Shown: positions 42,062-54,159 of the stretch, piece by piece
Layout: each line of letters begins with the position of its first letter
Numbering within the stretch: position 1 is the stretch's first letter
DNA from: Azolla caroliniana
Taxonomy: Eukaryota > Plantae > Polypodiophyta
Reading direction: 5' to 3'
NCBI GenBank assembly: GCA_043228905.1
Contig: JBHGNT010000001.1
Span: 7,006,001 to 7,070,000 of the forward strand
DNA length: 64,000 nucleotides
Translations under genes and position numbers: made by a program
The notes under the pieces: model-generated
Database searches by the model: none
Told to the model about the DNA's origin: nothing
What the model saw: only the letters and a program-made list of their open reading frames with translations

Positions 42062-45000
42062 CTAATCATCAAGTTCTGTACAGTCATTGACATCATGAAC
42101 TTGTGTATTGATACGTCCTCTCATGCGCAATTCCTGTATCTCAACTTTGAGCATTGGATCACACACGAGGCGTTCCATGACCAAAGGTTTTGGGCAACCT
42201 GTTGTTTCACAGACATTCATTCACATATGACTCTGAGGAGAAAGAGCTCTCTCACAAATGTATGTATCTAAAAATGTTTGGAATTTAAGAGCAATTCCTA
42301 TATGAGCTGACTAAATTTATTCAGAAAAAAATTAAAAAACCAAACTACAACCTGGGAAAACTAACTAAAAATTCAATACCAGAAGAAATCTATATATATT
42401 TAAGACCAGGAAATCTACATATTTTTAAGACCAGAGAAAATCTTTTAAAAAACGTTTTGCAAAAGTTCTTACCAGCAGCAGCACATGGGCATGGCCGTCG
42501 ACTGTGTTTCCAACTTGCCAAATAGTTCATAACTGCTGCTCTATCATAGATGTGCATGCAATCCAAGCTGTGATAAACATAGACTTCTAATTAAGTCTGT
42601 GATAAACATAGACATCTTAAGACTTCTAATTATTTTCATTCTTATCTGCTTAAAGCCAGGGATAATATCAGCTTAATCAAACAATCAGCCTAAAATTTTT
42701 ACATTACACAAGGGAAAAAACATCAACATATATTCTATTTTTTGGATATTTACAAAAAAACAAAACAGAATACCATGATGTAGTGGTAAATATTTGAAGG
42801 CTGAGGAGTACTCTGCTTCTTTTTGCAAAACTGAGGGTATTCTAATAAATATACAAAAACCATATATCCTATTTTTGGATATTTACAAAAAAACAAAACA
42901 GAATACCATGATGTAGTGGTAAATATTTGAAGGCTGAGGAGTACTCTGCTTCTTTTGGCAAAACTGACGGTATTCTAATAAATATAACAAAACCGATGGT
43001 GTTTTCTGGGTTTCTTGTACCTTACAAAATACTCGTACTGCAAGAAGTGCCAGACACAATGGACAATAATATAGCAAGGCCATAGCGATTTTATTGAAAT
43101 GTCCCAAAATCTAATGTCTATGTTAAAAAATGAACAATATTACCTTCGCACAGGATCATTGAGTTCAATAACCGGCTTGCCAGAAATGGGACAATTTCTA
43201 TTCACAACATTGAACTGTGAGCAAGAAATGATCAAGTCCTCCTTTTCTTGTCCAGGCATTGGTTCACCAGCATGATGTATTTTCTGTTATACATATCAAC
43301 ACCAAATTTATACATATGTTTTGTGATTTTGATGGTTAGCGTGTTATACATCCCTTAACACTACCATACCCAAATTGTCTCTCTGAACTGTTTATATAAA
43401 ATGTGTTGTTCAGGTGGTGGCAATGGAGACTGCTCTTTGCATTGATCTGCTTGTTCTGATAAAAGGCTCTCAAAGTCTGTCAGCTTTTTTTAATAAGACA
43501 AAGCAAGAAAACTTAAATCAGAACATGTTAAGCAGACACCAATAATTCATGAGAATAAGAAGCCTTACTTCATCGCCAATATTGTATACATCCTTAACTA
43601 CTTGCAATGACCTGTTGTAACATTCAAAGTCTCCCATTAATCTAACAATTTCTTTTGTGGCTTCTCCAAGTTCCTCGACCTGTGGTCAGAATAAAAGAAC
43701 ACCAGCAAAAAAAACTCAGTGACCTAAACAGAGCGAGGGTTTATGTGCATCCCAAACATCATTCAACATGTGTAAATGCAAGACTCGAGACCAATATAAA
43801 CAACTGTTTTCTCATTACATTATTAGAGACCAGTCAAGATTAGAAAAGAGCTACTTCTCCTGAATGTGAGTAATGACAATCTTCAAAATCTTGATCACTT
43901 TTTTCCCATATTATACAAATGCAATTTCGATATTGTTGAATTATTGCACTGGAATGAATGCTATCCATCGTCATTAATCCCCTGGCATTCTCGTCGGCAT
44001 GTTCTCTGGGCTAATGGCCAAGCTTGGAATTTTCGGAAAGTAGAATGAAGTGTCTCAAAACTATCTCTGAAAATGAATTCGCCTAGCAGTTTAAAAACAC
44101 ATACTAAGCTATGTTTGAAATTCACATCTTAAATATTACATGTCTTTTGTGATACAAAATATTCTATATTCAGCACCAGTTTATCTAATAATTCCAAATA
44201 TTCTTCAATCTAATGAAGTATTTCTATTTTCATGAACTTTCTTCATGAGACATGTGCCTCCTCTGTACACAATATGTTTCAGTACTTTCTTCTAAGCATC
44301 TAACAATCGGCAACGGTTCGGTTCGGTTCGGTTTGAGAGGGTCCAATCCAAACCGGTTTGGAACCGAACTGTTTAAAAATTTTGAAACCTGAACCAAACC
44401 GAACCGAACCACGAAACCAAAAAAGTTTAATGGTTTAACAGTTTGAAAAAAATTTAACGGTTCGGTTTAGCGGTTTCGTGGTTCGGTTTCGGTTTTCAAC
44501 ATAGGTCCAATTTTTTATTTTTTAAAATTTATAATACTTCATTATTTTAAAATTTAAATTTTTTAAAGATGTTCCTAAAATGTGAGAATAAGGTCTAAAA
44601 ATGAAAGGATTGTTTAAAAACAATTTTTAAAATTTTTATAAAAAAATAAAAAACCGTTAAACCGTTTAAACTACAGGTTTTGACTGTTGAAACCAAACCG
44701 AGACCAAACCGAACCGTTGAACCGTTAAACCATGGTTTCGCGGTTTGGTTCGATTCAAACCGAACCATTGCCGATTGTTATAAGCATCATTGATGTGAAG
44801 CAAAGATAGCCACTCCCCCATCCTTTTCAGATTTCTCTGGCTGTTGGTTTACAATGTAGCATCGTATTCATAGAATTCAGAGAACCCAAATTCAATTATC
44901 GCCATGGGCTAGACACCGTCCTATATATCGCAATCCATCTCCCATGGATGATTAAACAATATTGATCTATTTATCTACAACAAGAAGGTGGCAGACTACA

Positions 45001-46755
45001 TCATATGTAGAGGTGACAAAAGAATTGATATATTAGGTATACCCATTCACATCCTTCTTCATGTTGATGATATAATCTTGGTCTCTGAACCTCATGCAAG
45101 TCTACAACATAATCTCAATGTACCAGATGTTTTTTACTGCGAAAAAGGGTTCAAGGTAAACTTAGAAAACACCAAGGCCATAATCTTCTAAACATCTGCA
45201 CGGATTTATCGACAAACTCTCTTCACTCTATCAATTGGGCAAGTTGAGATAGTGGATTCCTATGTATATCTAGGAGTCACATTTACAAGTATGTGTTAGC
45301 GCTTCTCTATGATCGAAGTCGCCAAAGATCAACTCACTCTAGGAAATGCAGCTCTAGCCATACTAGAACAAAGTCACCAGGCACACTTCTGAGATTCCCA
45401 TACCGAAGTATGGTTATTCAACACCCTAATCAACCCTGCACTCATGTACAGTGCACTGATATAGGTAGACTCCAGGCCTCCCCATGTACATGTGGACACA
45501 AATAGAGAGTCCACTAATCATGATGCTGTCATGAATGATATGTAGCAAAGCATCCATTCCAAAATGAGATCATAAGAGCTGAATTAGAATCATCCCCATG
45601 ATGGTAGAAGCATTATTCCAAACAGTGAACCTCATCAAGCAGATTCGAACCATGCCACCTCAAAGAATTACATGTACGGCATTTGAAGCATCAAAACAAA
45701 CAGTGACAACAGAATGTGCACGAGGATCGTGGCACTCATCGGTGATGAAGTGGTTCAACAACAATGACCTTGACATCAAGAACTTGCCACCCTTTTGATA
45801 TTGTACATTTCTCCAAAATGATGAAAGGAACAAGGTACTGCAGCAAAATCCATGCCAGGTACAGTCAAAAGACTTGGCCACATTAAGGGAGCCACTTCCC
45901 CAATAAATGGCCTACAACAAAGATCACTTCAGATGATGGATTCATACCAAGAACAGGGTACATGGAGCAGTGGCAAACCAATAGGTCAACTCAGAGTTTC
46001 CTCCTGCTAACAAGAGATTGAGTCAGGATGGGTACTTCGCATACCTAGAGCTGAAAGATTGTGCAAATTATGAGAAGGAGAGATTGAAAGTGATGAACAT
46101 TTTGTGTATAGGTTCCCAAATTTCAACCAGGTCAAAGAAAAGTATGCCACCCTATATGCAAACTCCATCACCATTCAACAAATGATGGGGAAGGCTGACC
46201 CACAACAGTTAGGCCAGATGTTGCTCAAGCTTCATCTGGCATAGGGAACCAATCCTGATGTTAGCATGCGGGATGCAATGACAATTGCATGTCACTGATT
46301 TTCTTTCATAGTTTCTCCCCTCCACTAACAACGTGCTGAGGAGTCACCCACAGAGAGAGAGCAGAGGAATTCAGACAACAATGAAGGCCTCAAGTACCAT
46401 GACATAAGGTGCATGGCCATACCATCGCCGGATCATGAATATCATCGCTTGCCATGTCTGATTTCCATGAGGACACCCATATGCAGTTGCTAAACATCAT
46501 CACAGCATGATTTCACCACACCAGCCAACCTTGAAAACAGATTCTGGTAATCACTACTCTCATACAAATTAGCTATGAACTTTATGCTGGTAAACCATCT
46601 CAAAACTTATTCCACCACATACGTTGAGATAATGATCGAGGAACTTTAGGAAACCTAGAGCTTTTATTTTTGTTTTGGTATGAATGGCATGAATTCATCC
46701 ATATGTGTAATCAAGGTTAGTCTCATAGGCCAATTTTGGCCTCTTGCAGATATTA

Positions 46756-46833
<78 letters not shown>

Positions 46834-48054
46834 ATTTTTATATTTATTTATTTATTTATTTAATATCATTACCATTGTTCATTTTGCATTTCCAAATATT
46901 CAATTTGTTTAGTCATGACAACTTGAAACTACTCATATTTGAAATCATGATTTTTTATAAGCCAATTTCAGCCTCTAGTAGACATTAATATATCTTTCTT
47001 TAGTTCTTCTTTTCTTTTCTTCGTTTTTCTTGTTATAAGACATTGTATCATATCTCTCAGATATGCAATTTCTTCGCTTGCATTGGTCATTTTGGTCTTT
47101 TCAAGACGTTAATATTCCATTCCGCATTTATATTCAATATTTTCAGATTATTGAGAGTGGTAGGCTTATGCCCAATCTCAAGTCTCGAGACTGAGGATTG
47201 AGCACGTACGACGTGATGTACAAGAAACAGAGCATGTCACTTTGGAGATCAAGTATGAATTTGAGGAATTCCTACAACGATGTATTAATTTCAAAAACTA
47301 TTTTTTTGGAAAAAAGAAAATATTAAAAAGGATTGTACAATCCCTGAAACAACGGTCAGTATTATGCTCTTTGTTCCTCTGCTTGAAAACAGGACCAAAA
47401 CCACATAGGATCCAAATAGTAAAATTAGAAAACAAGGTTAGTTTTCCATCTCAGCTATTACTTTTTCTTTTGTTCTACTGTTTTAAAATCCACCACCTAT
47501 AAGGCTGGGTAGAGTGATTTGTATCAATTGTTTATCCCATGGTCAAATTCACTCCCCTCCCACGGGTGTTAATCTATGATCAATCATCAGTTCTCCATTT
47601 TTAGCTGTTGGCTTGTTGGTTTATACTGTAGAATCAAAAGTCATAAAATTGGGAGAGCCCAAGTTTGATCCTCACTGTGGTCTCACCTCCAACTCATGGA
47701 TTGTATCATTCTCCTGCAGACATTATAAATACATATAGATGTATATACCTCACATACACATATATTGGGAGACATACCAAATTGGATTGGTTTTCTGCTT
47801 CAAGATCCTCTGCAACCATCTTGAACAAGAGCGCATTTGAACCCAATTCCTGAAATTTTGTACATATAATGCTTTGAAAAAGTTACAGCCAAACCAAGAA
47901 ATTTTCAAAACATAATAGTGTAAGGACACTCCATTCATAACATAACATGAAAAAAAAAGTGGATGTAAAAGTTGTTCCTTACCGTTAGTAAAGCTTGGTT
48001 GCTGTCATCGAGAGCTCTCATGGCGGATCTCATACGCTCAGCACCAACAGACAT
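42062..48054 (-). CDS. MMS21: E3 SUMO-protein ligase MMS21/NSE2 (SMC5/6 subunit), 7 exons, 246 aa
   Basis: complement(join(42062..42198,42473..42567,43144..43283,43370..43483,43569..43679,47778..47849,47983..48054)). All introns are GT-AG and the total of 741 nt is in frame. The protein contains QFRETIWKIHHAGEPMPGQEKEDLII and the SP-RING CPISGKPVIELNDPVRSLDCMHIYDR...CAAAGCPK, matching Arabidopsis HPY2/MMS21 as I recall it. Confidence 0.95.
42731..42990. repeat. Near-identical ~130-bp tandem duplication in MMS21 intron 5
   Basis: The block ctatttttggatatttacaaaaaaacaaaacagaataccatgatgtagtgg...tattctaataaatata occurs twice. Confidence 0.9.
44301..44780. mobile_element. hAT-type MITE (480 bp) in MMS21 intron 2
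   Basis: TIR taacaatcggcaa / ttgccgattgtta (extends with one mismatch), perfect 8-bp TSD TAAGCATC (44293-44300 and 44781-44788), and many subterminal AACCG/CGGTT motifs. Confidence 0.92.
44960..46260 (+). mobile_element. Degenerate non-LTR retrotransposon reverse-transcriptase fragment, antisense within MMS21 intron 2
   Basis: HILLHVDDIILVS (YADD-box equivalent), GFKVNLENTKAIIF and downstream YVYLGVTF, interrupted by stops and frameshifts. Confidence 0.8.
46758..46828. repeat. (CT)n(AT)n microsatellite
   Basis: Directly visible. Confidence 0.95.
47605..47695 (+). mobile_element. tRNA-derived SINE-like repeat, family A
   Basis: A-box-like TGGCTTGTTGG (47609) and B-box-like AAGTTTGATCC (47661). 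The core aagtcataa..gagagaacccaagtttgattctcac recurs reverse-complemented at ~54094-54159 and ~59762-59850. Confidence 0.55.
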
Positions 48055-48063
48055 TGTAACTGT

Positions 48064-48102
<39 letters not shown>

Positions 48103-48611
48103 GTATGTATGTTGCTCTGTTTCTATTTCTATGTGGAAGTGAAAGGAAGGAAGTTTTTGAAGTTGTTCTGCTTATATTTCTTTCCAGAATAGACCTCACT
48201 TTTAATTTGAGCTACCAAGGCGTGAGCAGTTGCTTAAGTGTAACTAGTTGCAATCCAATTAGTTTAACTCATTTCGAATTTGAATTGGTCAGGTTTGGCT
48301 CGCTTAGTTAGTTTGTGATTGGTAGGGTAAATAATTTGTGAGCAACTAATTAGTGATTGATTGGCTAGCTAATTAAACAACCCACTTATTGATAATCAAG
48401 ACAACTTCCGTGAATTTGTAAACTTGTTTTGCAAATACAATGACCTTCACAATTGGGAACTACCTTGGTTTTTAATGTTGTATAAACAAAAATGCCAAAC
48501 GTGGATTGGGAACATTGTGGAGCAATGCAAAACTTCAATCAACCTAGTCATTTGTTTGGTGTTGTGGGGGAGATCGAAGTTTGTTAGCTTGAAGCAATTA
48601 CATACATATTT

Positions 48612-48818
48612 TAGGAATCGGCAACGGCTTGGCCGAAGCCTAAAACGAACCACCAAACCGTTTTTAAACGGTTTGGTGATTCGGTTCGGTTCAAGCTTGA
48701 GCTTCCTTAACTTGTTTGAGCTCGGTTTGGGATTGCTCAAACCAGTTCGGTCTAGGTTTGGAAACCCCCAAACCGGTTTAGGCTTATCCTACCTAAACCA
48801 AACTGTTGCCGATTCCTA
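48612..48818. mobile_element. Short MITE related to the 44301 element
   Basis: TIR taggaatcggcaac / gttgccgattccta and the same AACCG/CGGTT internal motifs. No clean TSD. Confidence 0.75.
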
Positions 48819-50511
48819 CACTTTTTGGGACCAAACACTTAATCCTTCCTCGTGTGACATAAAATCGATGGTCTCAAGAAAGTTGGGCATGACTTGTTTG
48901 TTTGGCATTTTCAAACACCTTTTGTGGAAAAAACTAAGTGTATTGTGCATAATTCCATCACGATGAGACATCATCAATACATAGTTGATGGTTGAATCAA
49001 CGAGATGCTAAGAAGTATGCTTATTGTAGAGTGTGTTGAAGATGCGACACATTATTTTCACGCGAACAAGTAGTTGAGATTTCTTATACTATTGATTCAC
49101 TATGTTATGTTGGGTTAAGTCTATTTAGGATGAGTTTTGTTGGTTATGTGATTCGACAATTAAGCTAATTCCATTTCATTGAATGGACCAAGATTTTATT
49201 TCCCTTTTATAAATTGGGACCTTACACAACTTTGAGACAAACAAATATTCGAATTAATTTGTTTCATTGATTGTGATCTAATATATACGAACTTTAAAAG
49301 TTAAGAACATGGAATGGTGTGTTAATGGATGGATGAGGAATTTAAGACCTTTTATTAGTTAAAACTCAAAAATGCTATAAACCATCTTATACTTAACCAA
49401 TAAATTATCTAAGTATTTACATTGAGATTATTTTTCATGCCATATGGGACAACGATATACTTTATAAGCGGTTCAGTATTTATTTAAGGCAAGACTTAGA
49501 AGTTAACCGTGGTCCATAAAACATGGGTAATCATCACTCATTTTCAATTTCAAATAGATGTTTACGTTGTTAGCATTGCAATTAAGAGGCCAATGGACTC
49601 AATTTTGATGTGGAAAAATGTCAATAACAATGTTGTGAAGTTGTTTTCAAGATTACTTTAGGGACTAGCTGGTGTATGTGTTTGTTCAAGACTTTAACAT
49701 GCAACCTTAATATTGCAAATCGAATTTTTAGGTTTATAAACAATGAACATCTAAAATCTTTTAAAAAGAGTGATGCGCTCATAATGTGTTTTAGCATCTA
49801 ATATACCGTTCTAGTGATGTTGAGTGTCCATCATGAACCCTAGATAAACCATCAACCATCAGAAAAATGTGTTTGCGAATTCGACCCATCCCCGATATAA
49901 CTTTGATTGTTTAAATGTAAAGTGGGATACATATAGCTTTTGTTGGGCATGTTAAGCAAGGTGGACAACTCATTAGCCACTTCGTGTTTTGTGAGCAACT
50001 AACTTCTTTTACTCATTTTAGTTAAGTGATAATATGGATAACCCCTTGGGACTATGAAATGCTACCATTAATGGATGATGCAACTTTTTATTTTTATTTC
50101 CTGGAAAATATCATTTCATTAGTTATAAAGAGTTATTACAAGAATGTTGACCTACTGTCAAGCTACCATTGATATGTTGCATTCTTCCTTAGGTCCCAAT
50201 CAATATCAACACTCCACCACTCCATAACCTAGTTAGGTGATTGGATGATGCAACTTTTTAGACAAGAAAACCTTTTGATAATGCCCCATACGTCAATCAT
50301 CACTCAAAGTCTTAATTGATTTATGTGTCTTCGAATTCATACAATTGTGTAGCTCAATGTGATGACTCTTAACATAACACAAACAATAGGAATTTTTTGA
50401 CAAGCAACAATCTATGGGCATCAATATAATTTCAATGAATGTGCGCATACATACACCCACATATTCAAGTGCATATATGTACATAAACATATTCATACAT
50501 ATATGTAGATA

Positions 50512-50551
<40 letters not shown>

Positions 50552-50748
50552 CATACATCAACATGTAAGAAAATTGGAGGATAGATATACAATATCTTAC
50601 AATGATATATTTTGAAGTTGTTCTTCAAATGCTCAACTTATGGTTTGTCTTTACAAAATAGCAAACAGAGTGACATGATTACACTAAAAAGAACCCAGAG
50701 CATGCTCTTCAGGATTCATTAATCAGTTATGCGTGCACTATCTCGCAA

Positions 50749-53142
50749 ATGCTGCATTCCATGGTGAAACAGCTCAAATCAGATTGTTCATGTGAAAGGA
50801 TTACGGACTTATGGAAACAATTCTTCATAGATCCATCTATTTGGTCTGATTATCGCACTGTCAAGGTAAAGAAAGGATATTGTGGATATTTATTCATGTG
50901 CATTTTTGTATATACGTATGTTTGAATGTAGTTTATGTATATTTTTGTCTGTCTGTAATCAATGTTTGTATGCATGCATATATATTGAGAGGGAGAGAGA
51001 GGATTTTCTTTTATGCAGAGTGCATCCTTATTTCCGGATCTTCGGCATAGAATAAATGGTGGTTCCTTGTGGATTGATGAATGCTACAATCCCTATTGGG
51101 TTTATGAAGAGCTCAAAAGGAGAGTAAATGCTCCAGCAAGCCATGGAAAAAGCATAGTAAAAGAGAGTTTGATTAACTATGGAAATTCAAAGGAAGATAT
51201 TGCATTTATAATGGCCTTACTGAAAGATTGTGGCAAGAAGAAGGACGTTTGTAAAGGTTCTCAACTACATTCTGAGATTCTCAAGACTGATTTGCTTGAG
51301 AAAAACCCTTATATAGGCAGCACTTTAATCAGTATGTATGCCAAATGTGGTATGCTTGCAACAGCACAAAAAGTGTTCGAAGAGCTTCCATTTCGGAATG
51401 TCTTCGCGTGGTCTTCATTGATTTCAGGCTATTCACAACAAGGGCAAAGTCGTAAAGCTCTAAACTGTTTTGAAAAAATGAAAAGCGAGGGTGTTACTCC
51501 AGATGTAGTCACTTTCACAAGCATCTTCAAGGCTTGTGGTAGTATAGGTGAAATAGAGAAGGGCAAAGAAATTCATGAGGAGATAATAAGCAAGGGATTT
51601 CTCGAGAAGGATATCATGCTAGGTACTGCTTTAGTGGATATGTATGTGAAATTTGGCATGCTTATGAAAGCACGTGAAGTTCTCGAAGAGCTTCATGTCC
51701 GAAATGTAGTATCTTGGAATGCTCTTATCACAGGGTACTCTCAACAAGGACAGTGTGATGAAGCATTGGATTGTCTTGCACGATTGCTAAGTGAGGGTAT
51801 CTTTCCAGACACAATCACCTTCATTTGCATATTGAAAACTTGTGCCAGAACAGGAGCAATAGAAAAGGGGAAACAAATTCACATTCTAAGTAATAGGAGT
51901 TTGTTGAGGAAGGATATTGTGCTCGGTACTGCTCTAGTGGATATGTATGCCAAATGTGGCTTGCTTTCCATGGCACGGCAGGTGCTTGAAGAAATTCCTG
52001 TCCGGGACGTAGTCTCATGGTCTACATTAATAACAGGTTATACTCAACATGGGCAAGGTCAAGAAGCATTGAACTGTTTCGAAAGAATGCAAAGTGAGGG
52101 CCTTTCTCCTGATGCTGTCACTTTAATCTGTATCTTGAAGGCTTGTGGGAACATAAGAGCTATAAGCATAGGTGAAAAAATTCATGAACAGATTATTGCT
52201 AGTGGAATGCTCGGGAAGGAAGATGTTATGCTTGGCACTGCGCTGGTGGATATGTATGCGAAATGTGGTGCACTTGAAAAGGCACAAGAGGTGATTGAAG
52301 AACTTCCAGCCCGAGATGTAATCTCCTGGTCGGTGCTTATCACAGGGTATGCTCAACAGGGCCGATGCCAAGAAGCATTGAATTGTTTTGATCGCATGAG
52401 GAACGAAGGCCTCTGTCCTGATGCTGTCACCTTTGTTTGCATCTTAAAAGCTTGTAGCGTCACAGGAGCTATAACCATCGGCGAACAAATTCATAATGAG
52501 ATTCTCAGGAAGGGTTTTCTCCAGAAGGATGTCATGGTTGGCAATGCTCTGGTGGACATGTATGCAAAAAGTGGCCTTCTGTCAAAAGCACGAGAAGTGC
52601 TCGAACAACTCCCTTGTCGAGATGTTGTATCTTGGAATTCACTAATAGCGGGATATGCCCAACAAAGACAAGGCCATGAAGCTCTAGTATGTTTTGAACA
52701 GATGCAAGAGGATGGCCTTTCCCCAGATGACGTCACATTCCTATGTGTGTTGAGTTCTTGTAGTCACTCAGGTCTATTAGATAAGCCCCAAATGCTTTTC
52801 AAGGATATGACTAGGAAATATGGCATTATCCCTAACTTAGACCATCATAATTGCATGGTAGTAGCTTTTGGACATGCTGGAGACTTTGACAATGCAATAT
52901 CAGTGATTAAAGCCTTGCCGACTTCGGACTGTCCTGAAGTTTGGCTTGCACTTTTGGGTGCTTGTAAGAAATGGGGGAATGTGAAACTGGGAAAGTTAGC
53001 CTTTGATCAAGCTGTACAACAAGATCATAGTTATTCAGCAGCGTATACATTGATGGCCAATATTTTTGAAGCTGCAGGCATGCAAGAAGATGCAAAGAAA
53101 GTCGAGGCCATGAGGCTACAATATGCTGTTGGTATGAAGTGA
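50749..53142 (+). CDS. PLS-E class PPR protein with an N-terminal OSB-like PDF motif, at least 2 exons, ~746 aa
   Basis: join(50749..50865,51019..53142) with donor AAG|GTAAAG and acceptor TTTTATGCAG|, phase 0. About 17 PLS repeats are followed by E1 (VWLALLGAC) and E2 (AYTLMANIF), with no DYW. The start could lie further upstream, since there is a possible acceptor at 50712. Confidence 0.9.
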
Positions 53143-54093
53143 GAAGGCTATGTGTAGAATGCCAGATTCCATGGTGTGAACAAAAGTCTCAGTGAGCACT
53201 ATAGTGATGAATTTAGCGAGTTTCAGATGGCAACCACGACATTACAACATGCTTTATGATGTGAAGGAACGCACTCTTGAACATCATAAGAGCATCACAG
53301 ACTGGAAATTACCTAAACCTGTCTATAAGATATCAGTCTCTGTGGGCCACATGTGAGCGAGAATGATGAATTCAACTTGTTTACCAGTATACCGATAGGC
53401 TTCAACTGTGCAACATTAAGAGGGAGAGAAGTTAGTTTATTTCGTAATTCATTGGGGCGATCATTTTGTACTTCAGGACCGCATGTCATTGATAACCACG
53501 GTAGATAACCAGGATGGCTTTACGTGCCTAGGGTTCAACAGATAAGCTACCATGGTATGAACACCAGAATGTGGTCTATAGCCTAAATATAGCACTGGGA
53601 TGTTGAAAAGGCATGGCTTCTCTATTTCTTTCATAGGCCATGTTCTAATGGTGTATGGAATCTACATCTACTTATTTGGTGATGATAGAGCATGGATAGC
53701 ATATATTCAAATCCTCTTGGGCAAAAAAAAGTTACTTGTATGATTGAAAGAAGGGTCGTGACTTGCAACGTGGACATAGTAAAAGGATCGTTTATGAATG
53801 CATACCAAGAACTTGGCCATCATACTGAGGTGAAGTTTCAAATGTACACCTTTGGATTCAGTTGTGTGTCCTACTCTTAAGAACCTGGAAATAAAGAGAT
53901 AGTGGTGGAAGATGCAAACTCTCTTCCTTTCATTGGTTTTGAAGAATATATGCTCCTGCTCAATCTGACACGATGTTGTCTTGGCTGTCCAAGTTCTTGT
54001 GCTGTCATACTGAACATTTCCGTGTTGAGAGGAGGAAGTAGAGATGTATGAATCGATGGATGGATTATAATGTCGACAAGGGACCAAATACAG

Positions 54094-54159
54094 TATATGC
54101 AATGGGGCCGATCCCATGGTGAGGATATTGAGCTTGGGTTCTCTCAATTTTATGACTTC
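54094..54159 (-). mobile_element. tRNA-derived SINE-like repeat, family A (partial)
   Basis: cccatggtgagg..gcttgggttctctcaattttatgacttc is similar to ~59762-59826. Confidence 0.5.

Noticed and set aside
48424-48966. 180-aa ORF
   Set aside because: It runs through a MITE in the MMS21 promoter and shows no protein motif.
51013-51018. ATG start given by the ORF track for the second PPR
   Set aside because: It lies inside a polypyrimidine/TGCAG acceptor, so splicing from the upstream exon is the better model.
53143-53700. Possible DYW-domain remnant downstream of the PPR stop (also checked after 34692)
   Set aside because: No PG-box, HSE(K/R) or CxDCH motif was found in the frames read.
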